From: an uncultured bacterium
Lineage (GTDB): Bacteria > Chloroflexota > UBA5177 > JANWHV01
DNA length: 64,000 bases
Direction: 5' to 3'
Assembly (NCBI GenBank): GCA_963729625.1
Contig: CAVSOU010000010.1
Span: forward strand, 544,001-608,000
Shown here one piece after another: positions 10,158 to 21,158 of the stretch. The position numbers and the translations under genes are program-made. Under the pieces are notes generated by a model. That model saw nothing but the letters and a program-made list of their open reading frames with translations. It had not been told where the DNA came from and did not search any database. The stretch's first letter is position 1; each line of letters opens with the position of its first letter.

Positions 10158-11447
10158 CTAACGGCCGTGAGCCGCGCCTCCGGAGGCGCCTGAAGAGGGC
10201 TGAGGTCCGATCCAGGCATGTGTCGCGACTCGCACGCCCGTCTCCTGTAACGTCGCCAGCAGCCGTGAGATTCCCTTCGCAGCCCCGGTCGGCGGCGGCA
10301 TCGAGTCGACGAACATCTCGCGGTCGATGTTGAGTGTTCGCACCTGCACCTCGTGAACGCCATACGTGCGGATAAGGTCGCAGAGCGCATCGACTTCGCC
10401 GCTGCAGTCTGTGTAGCCGGGGAACGTCAGGAGATTGAGCGCCACCCAGACTCCCTGGTCGGCACATAGTTTGATCGAATTGCGTACGTCGTCGAAGGAA
10501 TACCCCCGGGGCTTATAGTACGCCGCATAGTGGTCGTCGATCGCCGAGATGAGGCTGATGCGGATGCGTTGCAGGCCGGAATTCACTACAGCTTTCAGCC
10601 CGCGCGTGTGCCAGCCATTCGTGTTCATGTTGATGCAGCCCCCATTCGGCGCCGCGGCCGGCAGGCGTGCGCGCACGCTCGCGATTGCTTGGGCGACTGC
10701 CCGCCAACGGTTGAGCGGCTCCCCCTCGCAACCCTGACCAAAGCTAATCATGCGATGTGGTCCGCCACTGAGATGAGCAAGGGCAAGGTCAGCCATCTGA
10801 TCTGGCGTTGGCTGCAAGAGAAGGCGGGTCTGAGGTGATGGCACGGAGCCGCGCTGCTCGGAGATGCAGCCAATACACTGTGCGGAGCACGACCGTGACG
10901 AAGGCAGCGCGCCTTCCCAACGCTCGTAGAACACGTTTTGAGCTGTATAGCAACCGTATTCGAGGGCGCACAACGAGAGCTGCTCGATGAGTGGGCCTTG
11001 CGCATCCCGGGAAATGCGGGCGTCGACGAGCGCCTTTAGCTCAGGAGTCGAGTAGTCGTCGGGATTCCACGTTCCGGGCGCGTCGATCGGCTCGCAGGAA
11101 GCGCAGATCTCACCGTCAACAGAAGCCACTGCAGTGTAGCCGAACAGCGGCAGGTACGGTGCACCGACCGGCTTGCGGTACGCGGGCAACACAATCCGCG
11201 CGTACCCGGTGGGTAGCAGCGCGCCCACAGCCAGATCGATCTCGGGGCTCAGTGTGCGCAGGTTGCCCTTCGCGTCGTATCCCTGCGCCGTACACCCCGG
11301 CAGCTGGCACATCGTGGCGCCGTGCGGCAGGGGACGCCATGTGCACGCCCGCTGCGGTCCATGAAACGTGAGCGCGGCCGGCAGAAGCCCTGGGTGTTCA
11401 AGCAGGGTCCCGTCTGGGCGGGCGTACAGCAATCGAGCATGTGACAT
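10158..11447 (-). CDS. Radical SAM protein of unknown function
   Basis: CSAQCIGC (CxxxCxxC), ISFGQGCEGEP, INMNTNG; start placed at MSHARLL. Confidence 0.85.
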   Translation of the reverse strand: MSHARLLYARPDGTLLEHPGLLPAALTFHGPQRACTWRPLPHGATMCQLPGCTAQGYDAKGNLRTLSPEIDLAVGALLPTGYARIVLPAYRKPVGAPYLPLFGYTAVASVDGEICASCEPIDAPGTWNPDDYSTPELKALVDARISRDAQGPLIEQLSLCALEYGCYTAQNVFYERWEGALPSSRSCSAQCIGCISEQRGSVPSPQTRLLLQPTPDQMADLALAHLSGGPHRMISFGQGCEGEPLNRWRAVAQAIASVRARLPAAAPNGGCINMNTNGWHTRGLKAVVNSGLQRIRISLISAIDDHYAAYYKPRGYSFDDVRNSIKLCADQGVWVALNLLTFPGYTDCSGEVDALCDLIRTYGVHEVQVRTLNIDREMFVDSMPPPTGAAKGISRLLATLQETGVRVATHAWIGPQPSSGASGGAAHGR

Positions 11448-11450
11448 CAG

Positions 11451-11459
11451 TGCTATAAT
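11451..11459 (+). promoter_or_regulatory. Extended -10 element for gatCAB
   Basis: TGCTATAAT (TGn + TATAAT) about 80 nt upstream of gatC. Confidence 0.55.
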
Positions 11460-11540
11460 ACAGACTCCAATCAATATGATACAGTTTGCCTTGCCATGCG
11501 CTGGTTTCGCCTCTGGCAGCGCTTGCGATGGGAGCCGGCT

Positions 11541-11825
11541 TTGATCACACGAGACGACGTCAAGAACGTCGCCGCCTTGGCCCGGCTTGAGCTAAACGAC
11601 GATCAGCTGGATCGCATGACGGCCGAGCTCGGCGGTATCCTTGAACACATCGCGAAGCTCACGGAACTTCGAACGGAACACATCAGCCCGACTTCGCAGA
11701 TTCTCGATTTGCGTAACGTGCTGCGAGAAGACGCCGTGCGGCCGTCATTGCCCACTGAAGCCGTTCTTGCCAATGCCCCCGATCGCGAAGAAAACTGCTT
11801 CCGCGTGCGCGCGGTTCTGGAATAA
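11541..11825 (+). CDS. gatC: Asp/Glu-tRNA amidotransferase subunit C
   Basis: ITRDDVKNVAALARLEL...NVLREDAVRPSL...LANAPDRE; TTG start after GGGAG. Confidence 0.93.
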   Translation: MITRDDVKNVAALARLELNDDQLDRMTAELGGILEHIAKLTELRTEHISPTSQILDLRNVLREDAVRPSLPTEAVLANAPDREENCFRVRAVLE

Positions 11826-11839
11826 GGAGCGCCCGCATC

Positions 11840-13291
11840 GTGAGGCTGCATGAACTGACCATACACGAAGCCTCTGGCCTCCTCCGGGAGCGCGAAATCA
11901 CGTCTGTCCAGCTCACCGAGGATGTGTTTGTACGCATCGCAGATGTCGAACCGTCCGTGCACGCCTACCTGACTTTGCTTGAAGATCGAGCCCTGTTCAT
12001 GGCGGACGCCGCAGACCGCCGGCGCGCACGTGGCGAGGACGGCCCGTTGCTGGGCATTCCCATCGCTCTCAAGGACGTTCTATGCTTGAACGGTGAACGT
12101 ACCACCGCTGCGTCCCGCATTCTCGAGCATTTCGTACCGCCGTATTCTGCCACCGTCGTGGAACGAATGGAGGCTGCGGGCGCCGTCTTCATTGGAAAGA
12201 CGAACCTCGACGAATTTGCGATGGGCAGCTCAACTGAGCACAGCGCCTACTATCCGACACACAACCCATGGAACCTCGGCACCGTGCCCGGTGGTTCGAG
12301 CGGCGGTTCGGCCGCGGCAGTAGCATCCGACATGGCGCTGGCATCACTGGGATCCGACACCGGAGGCTCTATCCGCCAACCGGCGGCCCTCTGCGGCGTC
12401 GTCGGGATGAAGCCCACGTACGGGCGGGTTTCTCGCTACGGACTTCTCGCGTTCGCGTCCTCGCTTGACCAGATCGGCCCCTTTGCCAAGGACGTCGTCG
12501 ACTGCGCGGCGATGCTACAGGTCATCGCGGGGCAGGACCCGCTGGATTCAACTACCGCTGGGGTGCCCGTACCCGACTACGGCGAGGCACTGAACAGCGA
12601 CCTCAGAGGTATGCGGCTAGGAGTGCCTCGCGAGTATTTCGCGGAGGGCCTGCAGCCCGGCATGGAAGAGATCGTGCGCAGCGCGATCGAAGCTGTGCGC
12701 GACCAGGGAGCGGCGATTGTCGACGTCTCGCTTCCCTCCACGTCCTACGCCCTGGCGACGTACTACATCATCGCGCCTGCCGAGGCGAGCGCCAATCTTG
12801 CGCGCTACGATGGCATCAAGTACGGCTACTCAGCCGGAGCGCCCTCGATGATTGAAAACTACTTTCGCTCCCGAGCGCAAGGTTTTGGTGAGGAAGTCAA
12901 ACGCCGCATCATGCTTGGTACGTACGCTCTCTCCGAGGGTTACGCCGACCAGTACTATCGCCAGGCTCAGAAGGCGCGGACCGTGATTAAGGCCGAGTTC
13001 GACGAGGTGTTCCGCACATGTGACGCGCTCGTGTCGCCGGTGTCGCCAATTGTGGCGTTTCCGCTCGGCCAGAAGATGAGCGATCCTTACCAGATGTATC
13101 TGTGCGATGTGTGCACCATCCCGGTCAACATCGCGGGCCTTCCGGGGATTTCGCTTCCGTGCGGCATGCTGCAGGGATTGCCTGTCGGCCTGCAAGTGAT
13201 TGCTCCGGCATTTGCTGAGTCTGCCATGCTCAAGGTAGCCTACGCGTACGAGCAGAGCGGGCACTTTGCCGCGGGCAGGCCGAATCTGTAA
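11840..13291 (+). CDS. gatA: Asp/Glu-tRNA amidotransferase subunit A
   Basis: Amidase signature GKTNLDEFAMGSSTE, PGGSSGGSAAAV, GSDTGGSIRQPA; EVKRRIMLGTYALS. Confidence 0.97.
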   Translation: MRLHELTIHEASGLLREREITSVQLTEDVFVRIADVEPSVHAYLTLLEDRALFMADAADRRRARGEDGPLLGIPIALKDVLCLNGERTTAASRILEHFVPPYSATVVERMEAAGAVFIGKTNLDEFAMGSSTEHSAYYPTHNPWNLGTVPGGSSGGSAAAVASDMALASLGSDTGGSIRQPAALCGVVGMKPTYGRVSRYGLLAFASSLDQIGPFAKDVVDCAAMLQVIAGQDPLDSTTAGVPVPDYGEALNSDLRGMRLGVPREYFAEGLQPGMEEIVRSAIEAVRDQGAAIVDVSLPSTSYALATYYIIAPAEASANLARYDGIKYGYSAGAPSMIENYFRSRAQGFGEEVKRRIMLGTYALSEGYADQYYRQAQKARTVIKAEFDEVFRTCDALVSPVSPIVAFPLGQKMSDPYQMYLCDVCTIPVNIAGLPGISLPCGMLQGLPVGLQVIAPAFAESAMLKVAYAYEQSGHFAAGRPNL

Positions 13292-13368
13292 CACTGCTGG
13301 TAGTGCACGGCGCGCCACGTCTTCCGCCACCTTCTCGGCGGTCACGAGGGATAGACAGGGGAGCGACA

Positions 13369-14814
<1,446 letters not shown>

Positions 14815-14836
14815 GGCACTTCACGCGCTCACTTCA

Positions 14837-16219
14837 ATGGACATGACGGGCCCGAGCGCCGAGATCGAGTTGCTTGCCCCGGTTCAGGGTGGCAGGACGT
14901 TGGCGCGCCGGTCAGGTCAGATCGTCTTCATACATGGCGGCATTCCGGGCGAGACGGTCGTGCATGGCACGTTGGCGGAGAAGCGGGGCTATCTCGAGGG
15001 TGAGGCCAACAAGGCCGTGAGGACCGCACCCTCGCGCGTGTCGCCCCTATGTCCCTACTTCGGCGAAAACAGCCGGCGTCGAGGCAGTATAGAGGCAGAG
15101 TCCGCTACACCTGGACCAGTATGCGGTGGCTGTCAGTACCAGCACATCCGGTATGCTGCGCAGCTCGAGCTCAAGGCTCAGGTTGTGCTGGAACAGATGC
15201 GGCGTGTCGGCAAGATTGTCGATGCGCCCGTCCACGCCGTGCATGCGTCGCCTGCGCCATATGCGTATCGAAACAAGGCAGCATGGATTGTCACGCCGGA
15301 AGGAGCGTTGGCATACCACGAGTCACGCAGCCATCAACCAGTGCCGATCGACCAGTGCTACTTGCTCAAACCGTCATTGCGGGAAATCTTCGACTGCTTG
15401 CGCGCTGTATCGAGCGAGATCGGCTTGTCGGGTATCGTTCGGTCCGTAGAGGCACGCACCCTGCCGGCGAGAAGTGGGAACGAAGTGGCTACTCTTGCTC
15501 TTACTTTCGAGGCAGGGCTGGCGGTGTTGGAGGCAACGGCGGTCGCGGAGGCTCTTGCAGATGCATGTCCCTCTGTGCAGAGCGTGTCTGGAGCGACCGT
15601 CGACCGCGCCGAAGGATACGTCCATCTTGCGGGAAAGCAGAGGGTGCAGGTTGCCTTCCTTGACGAGGACCTGAGCCTTTCGCCCAGCACATTTTTCCAG
15701 GTTAATCTGCCGGTGGCCGAGCTTATGGCGCGACATGTGCTCGAGCAAATCGGTCACCTTCAGAAGCGAGTGGTCCTTGATGCATACTGTGGGGCGGGCA
15801 CGTTCACGGTGCCGGCGGCCGGCCAAGCTGAGGCAGTGATTGGTTTGGAGCTCGACGCAACGGCGATCGCTGATCTCAGGGATACGCTGGAGCGCTCTGG
15901 GGCGGACAATGTCACCATTCTGCAGGGCGATGCTGGGCAAGGCCTCCGATCGCTGCTCCCGGGCACAATCGACTGCGCCGTGATCGATCCCCCGCGAAGC
16001 GGCTGTTCTCCACTCGCGATCCGTCAGCTCGCCCGAATCAAGATTCCGCGCATCGTCTATGTCTCGTGCGACCCATCGACGCTTGCGCGCGACCTGCGTT
16101 ATCTGCTCGATCAGGGCTTTGTGCTCGAAAGCGTTGTTCCGTTCGACCTGTTTCCACAGACGGCGCATATCGAGTGCGTTGCCACGATGAGGCTACCCAA
16201 GAAGTTTCACGCGCGGTAA
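14837..16219 (+). CDS. rlmD: 23S rRNA m5U methyltransferase, RlmD/RumA family (start uncertain)
   Basis: TRAM-like N-terminus, CPYFG...CGGCQYQH Fe-S ligands, FFQVN, DAYCGAGTF, IDPPRSG, YVSCDPSTLARD, FDLFPQTAHIE. Confidence 0.88.
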   Translation: MDMTGPSAEIELLAPVQGGRTLARRSGQIVFIHGGIPGETVVHGTLAEKRGYLEGEANKAVRTAPSRVSPLCPYFGENSRRRGSIEAESATPGPVCGGCQYQHIRYAAQLELKAQVVLEQMRRVGKIVDAPVHAVHASPAPYAYRNKAAWIVTPEGALAYHESRSHQPVPIDQCYLLKPSLREIFDCLRAVSSEIGLSGIVRSVEARTLPARSGNEVATLALTFEAGLAVLEATAVAEALADACPSVQSVSGATVDRAEGYVHLAGKQRVQVAFLDEDLSLSPSTFFQVNLPVAELMARHVLEQIGHLQKRVVLDAYCGAGTFTVPAAGQAEAVIGLELDATAIADLRDTLERSGADNVTILQGDAGQGLRSLLPGTIDCAVIDPPRSGCSPLAIRQLARIKIPRIVYVSCDPSTLARDLRYLLDQGFVLESVVPFDLFPQTAHIECVATMRLPKKFHAR

Positions 16220-16421
16220 GGGTCAGGCTGAACGCCCGAAGGCTCGCGTCGGGGATAACGGTAGGCACCAACATGTCGCGGCTTGGCGCTGAAGTGAACC
16301 GTATCGATGCGGTCGTTTCCTAACTTCGGATGCAACCATACTATAGTGGGGCTTGTCAGGCGCGGAACTCCATTGTATGGTGCGTAACGACAGCGTTATA
16401 TTCTGCTTCGCTGCCGGAAGG

Positions 16422-17024
16422 ATGCTGTTGACGAACGACCAGATTGGGCAGACGGGTGAATCGTCTCGAGCGGGCCTCGCGCCTCTGACAAACGATGTGC
16501 TCGAAGCCGTGATTCGCGCTCAGCGCGAAGCCGTCGCAGGAAGCGAGCAAGCGTTCGCGGAAGCACGGCGGCGGCTTGCCGCCCAACGTCAGCGCCTGCA
16601 TGAACTCGAGGACGAGCAGAAGAGGCGCGAGGGCGGGCAATCCGACCAGACTATCGATCGGCCCGCCACTCGAGCCTCCAGGAGGCGCAGCACGACTGGG
16701 ATGGACGCCGTCTACGGCCGCGACGGCATTGATCCGTCGGCCGCGCTTGGCACGCATCGCTTTGTTTCACTCCAGCGCGCCGAAGTTGTCCTCGACGAAG
16801 CGGGAGATGCCGGCAGGCAAGCGATACGCTTTGTCGACAAGAACACCGGTGAGCAGCTCATGGCACACACGTTTGGCCAGGCGCGCGAGCTTCTCGAGTC
16901 CGGCCACGGACTGGGCCAGGTGGGCGTTTCGCTCCAGCGACAAGTCGTTTGGTACGTCGAGACGCGGAGGGCTGGAAAACTCCGCCTGGATCAGATATTC
17001 GTTGAACGCCGAGAGGAGGGCTAG
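16422..17024 (+). CDS. Hypothetical protein with N-terminal coiled coil
   Basis: Heptad-like AEARRRLAAQRQRLHELEDEQKRRE; ends 2 nt before the next gene and carries its GAGGAGG SD. Confidence 0.65.
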   Translation: MLLTNDQIGQTGESSRAGLAPLTNDVLEAVIRAQREAVAGSEQAFAEARRRLAAQRQRLHELEDEQKRREGGQSDQTIDRPATRASRRRSTTGMDAVYGRDGIDPSAALGTHRFVSLQRAEVVLDEAGDAGRQAIRFVDKNTGEQLMAHTFGQARELLESGHGLGQVGVSLQRQVVWYVETRRAGKLRLDQIFVERREEG

Positions 17025-17026
17025 CG

Positions 17027-17746
17027 ATGCGCGTATTATCCGGAAGCTGGATCTTCGCGGTGTTGACGCTATGCCTGCTGGGGCTGACGTTGCAGCCGGC
17101 GCGCGCGGGCAGCACACTGGTTCCGGCTGATAGCCCAAGCAGCCTCGCGATACCGGGCTCTGCTGTGCCGACCGGATACACGGTCGACGGTATGCAGAGC
17201 CACGCGATTACCAACCAACTGATGCTTTCGACGCTGGGACAGCACGCATCCAAGTTGTTTCAGCAAGAGGGCTGGGTTACCGGCTACCATGGATGGCTGA
17301 ATGCGAACGACCTGACGTATCAGGCCTTCATCACGTACGACTTCTATGGGTTCAAGACGGCGATCGGCGCGCAGGCTGCCGCGAGCTTGTATCTTGGTCT
17401 GGCATTAGGGGTACAGACGCCCACCTCGAACGGTGCACTCCCTCCGGATGCCCAGGTCTTCGTCGATTCGACCGGTGACTATAGCACAAATCTCAATGAC
17501 CTCCAGCCCTTTGTTGCCGTCGAGGTCGTGTTTCGGATCCAGAATGTTCTGGCCGACGTGACGGGTTACTATAGGGGCGGCGACAGCCAGACAATTGACG
17601 ACGCGACAACCGGCTCTATCAGCGCGGCTACGACCATCAGCACCTGGCTGTCGGAACGCGCGCGAACGGTCCATGGCAGTGAGCTGCCACTGCTCCTGCT
17701 GGCCTTTGCTATCTTCCCATGTGTACCGGGCCGGCGCCGGACATGA
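17027..17746 (+). CDS. Secreted hypothetical protein
   Basis: Signal peptide ending QPARA; hydrophobic then basic C-terminal tail. Confidence 0.75.
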   Translation: MRVLSGSWIFAVLTLCLLGLTLQPARAGSTLVPADSPSSLAIPGSAVPTGYTVDGMQSHAITNQLMLSTLGQHASKLFQQEGWVTGYHGWLNANDLTYQAFITYDFYGFKTAIGAQAAASLYLGLALGVQTPTSNGALPPDAQVFVDSTGDYSTNLNDLQPFVAVEVVFRIQNVLADVTGYYRGGDSQTIDDATTGSISAATTISTWLSERARTVHGSELPLLLLAFAIFPCVPGRRRT

Positions 17747-17867
17747 GCAACCAATCCGCGCACCTGAGCCCAGAGAAGTTCGCGAACAGAACCGTACCGG
17801 TATCGCTGCGCCGCTCGCAACGGCCAGGATCAGGCCGCCAACACACTGGTCCGAGAGAGAGCCAGTA

Positions 17868-20800
17868 ATGCGGTGCTTAAGGTGCGCGCTGGATTACGGC
17901 CCGGACGACAAGTACTGCCTGAAGTGTGGCCGCGCCCTCAGCCGTCCTCCGGGAAGTGAAAAACGCGAAGGCCCTGAGCCGTCCGGAGTAGCGTCCGAGT
18001 ACATGTACTCGGCCAATTCACCAGCCAAGGTCGGCGATGCGCTTCCGTCGCACGATATCTCCGCAACCGAGTCCGGTTTGCCCTTGCATGGCCTGCTGGG
18101 AGCCGCAGGCCGCCTCATAACGCCCCCGGACGCTGACCAACGTGCGGCCACGCCCAGCAAGCGTTTGGCCGGTCACCTCAGATCCGCACCGGTCGCGCAC
18201 GATCCGTCGGCCAGGCCCCAACCACGCGCAAGTGGAAGACTCGACCGAGCGGAGCTTGATCAACCCGACACGCCGACACCTGCTGACCTCCTCCCGCTTG
18301 AGAGGCTCCTTCGTTCGGCCACCGGCGAGGCGCCCGAGGGTGACGACGACGACGCGGAATCACTGCCAGGAGGCGTCCGATCGCGACCTGCAATGATCGG
18401 CGCCGAGCCGACCGGCATTCGCGGCCTGCACGGCGGGTACCAAACCCGTTCCCGTACCGTCCGGAATGTTGCCTGGGGATTAGCTGTTGTCCTGTTCGCC
18501 ATGGTGGCAGGATTGGCATACATACGGCACGGTACGTACGTCTCTGACATGCAATCGGGAAAGCGTTTGGCGCGTGCCGGCAACTACGCGGGCGCGATAG
18601 GCAAATATAGCAGTGCAATCGCGGATTGGCCGTTCCATGACGAGGCCTCGACCGCCCTTGCCAGTGCGAAAGCAACGGGTACCGCTGTCATGACCGGTGC
18701 TGAGCAGGTGCGCCTCGCCATGTATCAGAATCGTCTGGCCGCTCGGCAAAACGTAGCCAGTGAAGCCGATCTCTACGCCAATGCTACGGCCACGGCGGTG
18801 GTCGTAGCCACTGTCAACGCCGTGGAGAACAACACTGCCACGGCAATTGCGGCCGGAACTGCAACCGTCGTCGCACGTGCCAATGCCACCAGAGCCGTTA
18901 TTCTGCACCAGCACCAGGTTGCGCGGGCGAGCGCGCGCGCTACCGCGGCGGCCAGGGCCACTGCCCGGACGTTGGCTCGAGCGAAGGCTACGCGCCTGGC
19001 ACGCATTGCCACGGCCACCGCGCTGCGCTCAGCACACATATCTACGGCAACGGCCGTTGCGTATGCAACGCGCCAATCGGGCATTCGTGCCACCCGAACG
19101 GCAGTGGCGCGGGCAAAAGCCACTGCCCTCGCATCGCGAACGCCCCAAACGCCGACGCCCACTCGAAAACAGGCCGCCGCAACAACCACAGCCGAGGCGG
19201 TAGTCCAGGCGACCAATCTCGCGACGGTGGTCGAAGGGGCAATTCACGAGACGGCAACAGTCCAAACCGGCATCGCCATGAGGACGGCAACAGCACGAGC
19301 GCTCGCCGCCGAAATCGCGGCGACACGTGTGGCGTATGTCGCTCGCGTTCGCGCGGCCGACACGGCGACTGCCGTAGCCGGCCTGCCCCCCGCGACGCAG
19401 ACGGCAATCGCGATGCAGTCTGCGGCGGCGCACGGCACAAGCAACGGGGGAGGAACCCCGTCTGGACAAGCGGCCGCCTCCAACGCGACCGCAACGGCCC
19501 GCGCGGCTGCGATAGCGGCCTCAAATGCCAAGCAGACCGTAGTCGCGCAAGTGCATGCGACGGACACAGCTGCCGGCGTGGCAAGACATGCCCAACAGAC
19601 CGCTACGGCGCGCGCCCAGCACGCCGCTCTCGCCCAACAGACCGCTACGGCTCAAGCCCAGCACGCCGCTCACGCCCAACAGACCGCTACGGCTCAAGCC
19701 CAGCACGCCGCTCACGCCCAACAAACCGCTGCGGCTCAAGCGCGTGGTACCGTGGCTGCGGAGGAGCGAGCTACGGCGGCAATGGCAAAGGCGGCTGCGA
19801 CGGCAGGGGCCAGTTCGGCAGCACTCGCTACCGCGGACGCAGCAACGGCGACTGCTGTGGCACGCTCCTCGTCGAACGCAACTGCGATAGCGCGATCAAC
19901 CGCGATTGCGAGGTCCGCTGCCGCTACGGCCGTCGCCCAGTCTGCAGCAACCGCGACGGCTGCCGCACGCTCCGCCGCCACCGCGGAGGCGAAATCTGCC
20001 GCCGCTACCGCCGAGGCCAGTTCGGCAGCACTCGCCACCGCGGACGCGGCAACGGCGACCGCCGAGGCACGTTCCTCGTCGAATGCAACTGCGATAGCGC
20101 AATCAACCGCGGTTGCGAAGTCTGCTGCTGCGACCGCCGTCGCCCAGTCTGCAGCAACCGCGACGGCTGCCGCACGCGCCGCCGCGACCGAGCAGGCGAA
20201 ATCTACCGCCGCCACGGCGGTAGCTGCTGCCACTGCGGCCGCCAAGTCCGCCGCCGCCACGGCCGTAGCGGCTGCCACATCGGCTGCCAAGTCTGCTGCC
20301 GCAACGGCCGCCGCCCAGTCTGCAGCAACAGCGACGGCTGCCGCACGCTCCGCCGCCACCGCGGAGGCGAAATCTGCCGCCGCCACGGCGGTAGCTGCGG
20401 CCACTGCCAAGTCTGACGCCGCCACGGCGGTAGCTGCTGCCACTGCCACTGCCAAGTCTGCCGTCGCCACGGCCGTCACCCAATCTGCAAGCGCCACCGC
20501 AGCTGCGAGATCTGCCGCCACGTCAGTCGCGGCGACGGCTGTCGCGGCGACGGCTGTCGCGGCTCGCGCCCAAGCCACTGCAGCGGCGGTAGCTGCTGCC
20601 ACCGCCGCACAAGCAACCGCGCAGGCAGTTGCCAACAATGCGGCGGCAACTGCGGCTGCACAGCTTGGCAATGGTCAGCAAGGCACGCCCGTACCCCAGG
20701 GCGCGCCGATCGCGCTCACCTCCATGAACACCCAGGCGCGGGCGCCCGCGCCAGTGTGCGCCGGCAGATCTGAGTGCGTGGCCTTGGCTGCGGCCGTATC

Positions 20801-20948
20801 CGACGGCGACCACCTGACTCACCAACGTCCCAACATTGGGAGCCGCTGGCTCTGGAGCGCCCTGGGTTGGTGGGTCACAACAGGAGAAAAGAACGATGCG
20901 GCACGATCGCAACCGCGCCGCCGCCTGCTGACTCCACAGGCCGGCTGA
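17868..20948 (+). CDS. Zinc-ribbon membrane protein with very long Ala/Thr-rich repeat region
   Basis: MRCLRCALDYGPDDKYCLKCGRAL (CxxC-x10-CxxC), disordered linker, TM helix VAWGLAVVLFAMVAGLAYI, TPR-like segment, then more than 600 aa of Ala/Thr repeats. Confidence 0.8.
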   Translation: MRCLRCALDYGPDDKYCLKCGRALSRPPGSEKREGPEPSGVASEYMYSANSPAKVGDALPSHDISATESGLPLHGLLGAAGRLITPPDADQRAATPSKRLAGHLRSAPVAHDPSARPQPRASGRLDRAELDQPDTPTPADLLPLERLLRSATGEAPEGDDDDAESLPGGVRSRPAMIGAEPTGIRGLHGGYQTRSRTVRNVAWGLAVVLFAMVAGLAYIRHGTYVSDMQSGKRLARAGNYAGAIGKYSSAIADWPFHDEASTALASAKATGTAVMTGAEQVRLAMYQNRLAARQNVASEADLYANATATAVVVATVNAVENNTATAIAAGTATVVARANATRAVILHQHQVARASARATAAARATARTLARAKATRLARIATATALRSAHISTATAVAYATRQSGIRATRTAVARAKATALASRTPQTPTPTRKQAAATTTAEAVVQATNLATVVEGAIHETATVQTGIAMRTATARALAAEIAATRVAYVARVRAADTATAVAGLPPATQTAIAMQSAAAHGTSNGGGTPSGQAAASNATATARAAAIAASNAKQTVVAQVHATDTAAGVARHAQQTATARAQHAALAQQTATAQAQHAAHAQQTATAQAQHAAHAQQTAAAQARGTVAAEERATAAMAKAAATAGASSAALATADAATATAVARSSSNATAIARSTAIARSAAATAVAQSAATATAAARSAATAEAKSAAATAEASSAALATADAATATAEARSSSNATAIAQSTAVAKSAAATAVAQSAATATAAARAAATEQAKSTAATAVAAATAAAKSAAATAVAAATSAAKSAAATAAAQSAATATAAARSAATAEAKSAAATAVAAATAKSDAATAVAAATATAKSAVATAVTQSASATAAARSAATSVAATAVAATAVAARAQATAAAVAAATAAQATAQAVANNAAATAAAQLGNGQQGTPVPQGAPIALTSMNTQARAPAPVCAGRSECVALAAAVSDGDHLTHQRPNIGSRWLWSALGWWVTTGEKNDAARSQPRRRLLTPQAG
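19590..19741 (+). repeat. 42-bp tandem repeat, about 3.6 copies (AQQTATAQAQHAAH)
   Basis: GCCCAACA(G/A)ACCGCT units start at 19590, 19632, 19674 and 19716. Confidence 0.9.
19809..20222 (+). repeat. 207-bp (69-aa) tandem duplication within the Ala/Thr region
   Basis: GCCAGTTCGGCAGCACTCGC at 19809 and 20016; SSAALATADAATATA...RSSSNATAIA occurs twice. Confidence 0.85.
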
Positions 20949-21015
20949 CGCCGGCAAAACAAGTGGCAAACGACGCGGCACCGGTCGGGTGCCCAGTCGT
21001 CGTCCGACGAGATTC

Positions 21016-21092
<77 letters not shown>

Positions 21093-21105
21093 AATTGGCC
21101 CCTGA

Positions 21106-21158
21106 ATTATATCGTTCTCAGACCTTGCTTGCCAACAGTGCCCTCACACGCATAGAAT
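21106..21158. promoter_or_regulatory. Overlapping divergent sigma70-type promoters for the two tRNAs
   Basis: Plus strand TTGCCA (21129-34), 18 nt, TAGAAT (21153-58); minus strand TTGGCA (21135-30), 18 nt, TATAAT (21111-06). Confidence 0.6.

Noticed and set aside
19590-20600. Repeats as a possible CRISPR array
   Set aside because: In-frame coding tandem repeats without unique spacers; no cas genes in the window.
19736-20671. 311-aa Ala/Val-rich minus-strand ORF
   Set aside because: Mirror of the Ala/Thr repeat region; no independent support.
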